Of a stretch of DNA of 64,000 nucleotides, positions 62,560 to 64,000 are shown piece by piece. The notes under the pieces are model-generated. The model saw only the letters and a list, made by a program, of their open reading frames with translations, had not been told where the DNA came from and did not search any database. Within the stretch, counting starts at the first letter, position 1; each line of letters starts with the position of its first letter. The stretch comes from Ginglymostoma cirratum (Eukaryota): the NCBI GenBank assembly GCA_024137785.1, contig JAHRHZ010000012.1, positions 66,652,324 through 66,716,323 of the forward strand, read 5' to 3'. The position numbers were made by a program, and so were the translations under genes.

Positions 62560-62740
62560 AGTCACAATGTCAGAAGTCACACAACACCAGGTTATAGTCC
62601 AACAGGTTTATTTGAAATCACAAGCTTTCAGAATGTAGTCCCTTTGACAGGTGATGAAGGGGCTACGCTCCATAAGTTTGTAATTTCAAATAAACCTGTT
62701 GGACTATAACCTGGTGTTGTGGGACTCTTGACTTTGTCCA
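62560..62740. mobile_element. Family-B foldback Penelope pLTR element
   Basis: CACAACACCAGGTTATAGTCCAACAGGTTTATTTGAAAT is a near-perfect inverted repeat of ATTTCAAATAAACCTGTTGGACTATAACCTGGTGTTGTG. The centre TGATGAAGGGGCTACGCTCCATAAG is a decayed hammerhead motif. Confidence 0.8.
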
Positions 62741-64000
62741 TGGAAATAGGAATCTATGGCAAAAAGAGCAAACGTGCATCTAGCTGCTTTAATAAATTCA
62801 AATTGCATAAATGGACAATTTTCTTTCCAGATATAATTTATATTGAAGGGGAGTAAAGACTAACATAGTGTATCATTAGGACTTCTGAAAATGCATTACA
62901 GCCAATTAAATATTTGATGCAAAGTCATTGTAACATTTATTATGAAACGATTTTTTTTCAGTAAAATCCACAAAAACAATAATAAATATCCAGTTGATCT
63001 GTTTAGTTTCATCGACGAATGATAAGTATTGATGAGACCATGAGGGGAAAATCCACGGTACTTCATTGAATTGTGTCATGATACCTTTTGTGATCAGATT
63101 CAAAAGTTGGCACCTCCAAAAGTTCAACTGCATTATGTGCTAATTCTGTAGGAGTGGAAACTTGAAGCCACAAATTTTTGATTCAGCAGCAAGATTAACT
63201 CAAGACTATTGATAACTGTTCTCCGTCAAAAAAAAATCCCAAGAAGTTTAAGAAGTTTAATTCTGTGACTCTAATATTTTGAACACCAAAACGTGGCATC
63301 TTGACGTTAATACTTTTCAATCACTGGACAGAAAGGGATACTCACCAACTGCAAGTTAAGGACAATTTAATGACAAAAATGTCAGATGTATGTTGGAAGC
63401 TATAGTATGTTGAGATGACAGGATTTTCTAAAGATATTTGGAAAAAAACATTTGTTGTCTATTTTTCTAAAAAAAAAACTTTGGCAGACAGCTCCCTATT
63501 TGTTTGATTGTGATTTCAAGAATGCAGCATATGAACTTGTCAGGTGCATGCGCCACATTTCCATATGGAAAAGTGTGCACATCCAAATGTAATGCCTTTA
63601 ACGGGAAGAACACAACATGGTTCAGATCAAGATGGTGCACGTACGCAGTTTGCTGTATCATATAGACATATGCATATAGCAATATCTGGAAGCTGCTCTG
63701 CTTTGCCGGTTTTAGTTGAGAAAAAAAATTTCCTCTCCACAGGGTCCTGGTGAAAATTAGCCTGGGTTAAGTTGGGGTCATCCGGCATCATCGTTACTTA
63801 AGAAGATTGATCTAATTTAAATAGATGTGAGAAAATAATGTTTGTTATATTAGAAAAGAACAGCTGACTCTCATTAGTCCACACTGCAATATTCTTCAGT
63901 CTGCTCTATTCTTCAGTCTCTCTTAGAAAGTAGATACACGCTAGATAAACAGAACATGGTCAACCACCAGATAATACAATCTTTGGCAATGGGATACTTG

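Overview
Vertebrate genomic DNA, most likely from a shark: it carries HE1-type V-SINEs, CR1/HER1-type LINEs, Deu-domain SINEs and abundant Penelope-like elements. The whole window appears to lie inside one minus-strand gene, PRUNE2 (BMCC1/BNIPXL). I find a 159-bp DHHA2-domain exon (31384-31542), a giant 6065-bp exon (11144-17208) and a 117-bp phase-2/2 exon (6853-6969). There is also a candidate internal first exon ending at 4438 that encodes MAAPESTL-R, resembling the caytaxin N-terminus. The giant exon hides a degenerate ~18-aa tandem repeat rich in D-x-W and WxxF/L motifs. The introns hold at least three families of Penelope-like retroelements. These include two long RT+GIY-YIG copies, many short foldback derivatives with 11-14 bp target duplications, and minimal hammerhead-ribozyme motifs in their pseudo-LTRs. 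CR1, L2, RTE, Gypsy and Harbinger relics, a ~1.05-kb solo LTR and several homeobox-site-rich, repeat-free blocks that may be enhancers are also present. There are three assembly gaps. Family assignments come from recalled motifs, not database searches, and repeat boundaries are approximate.
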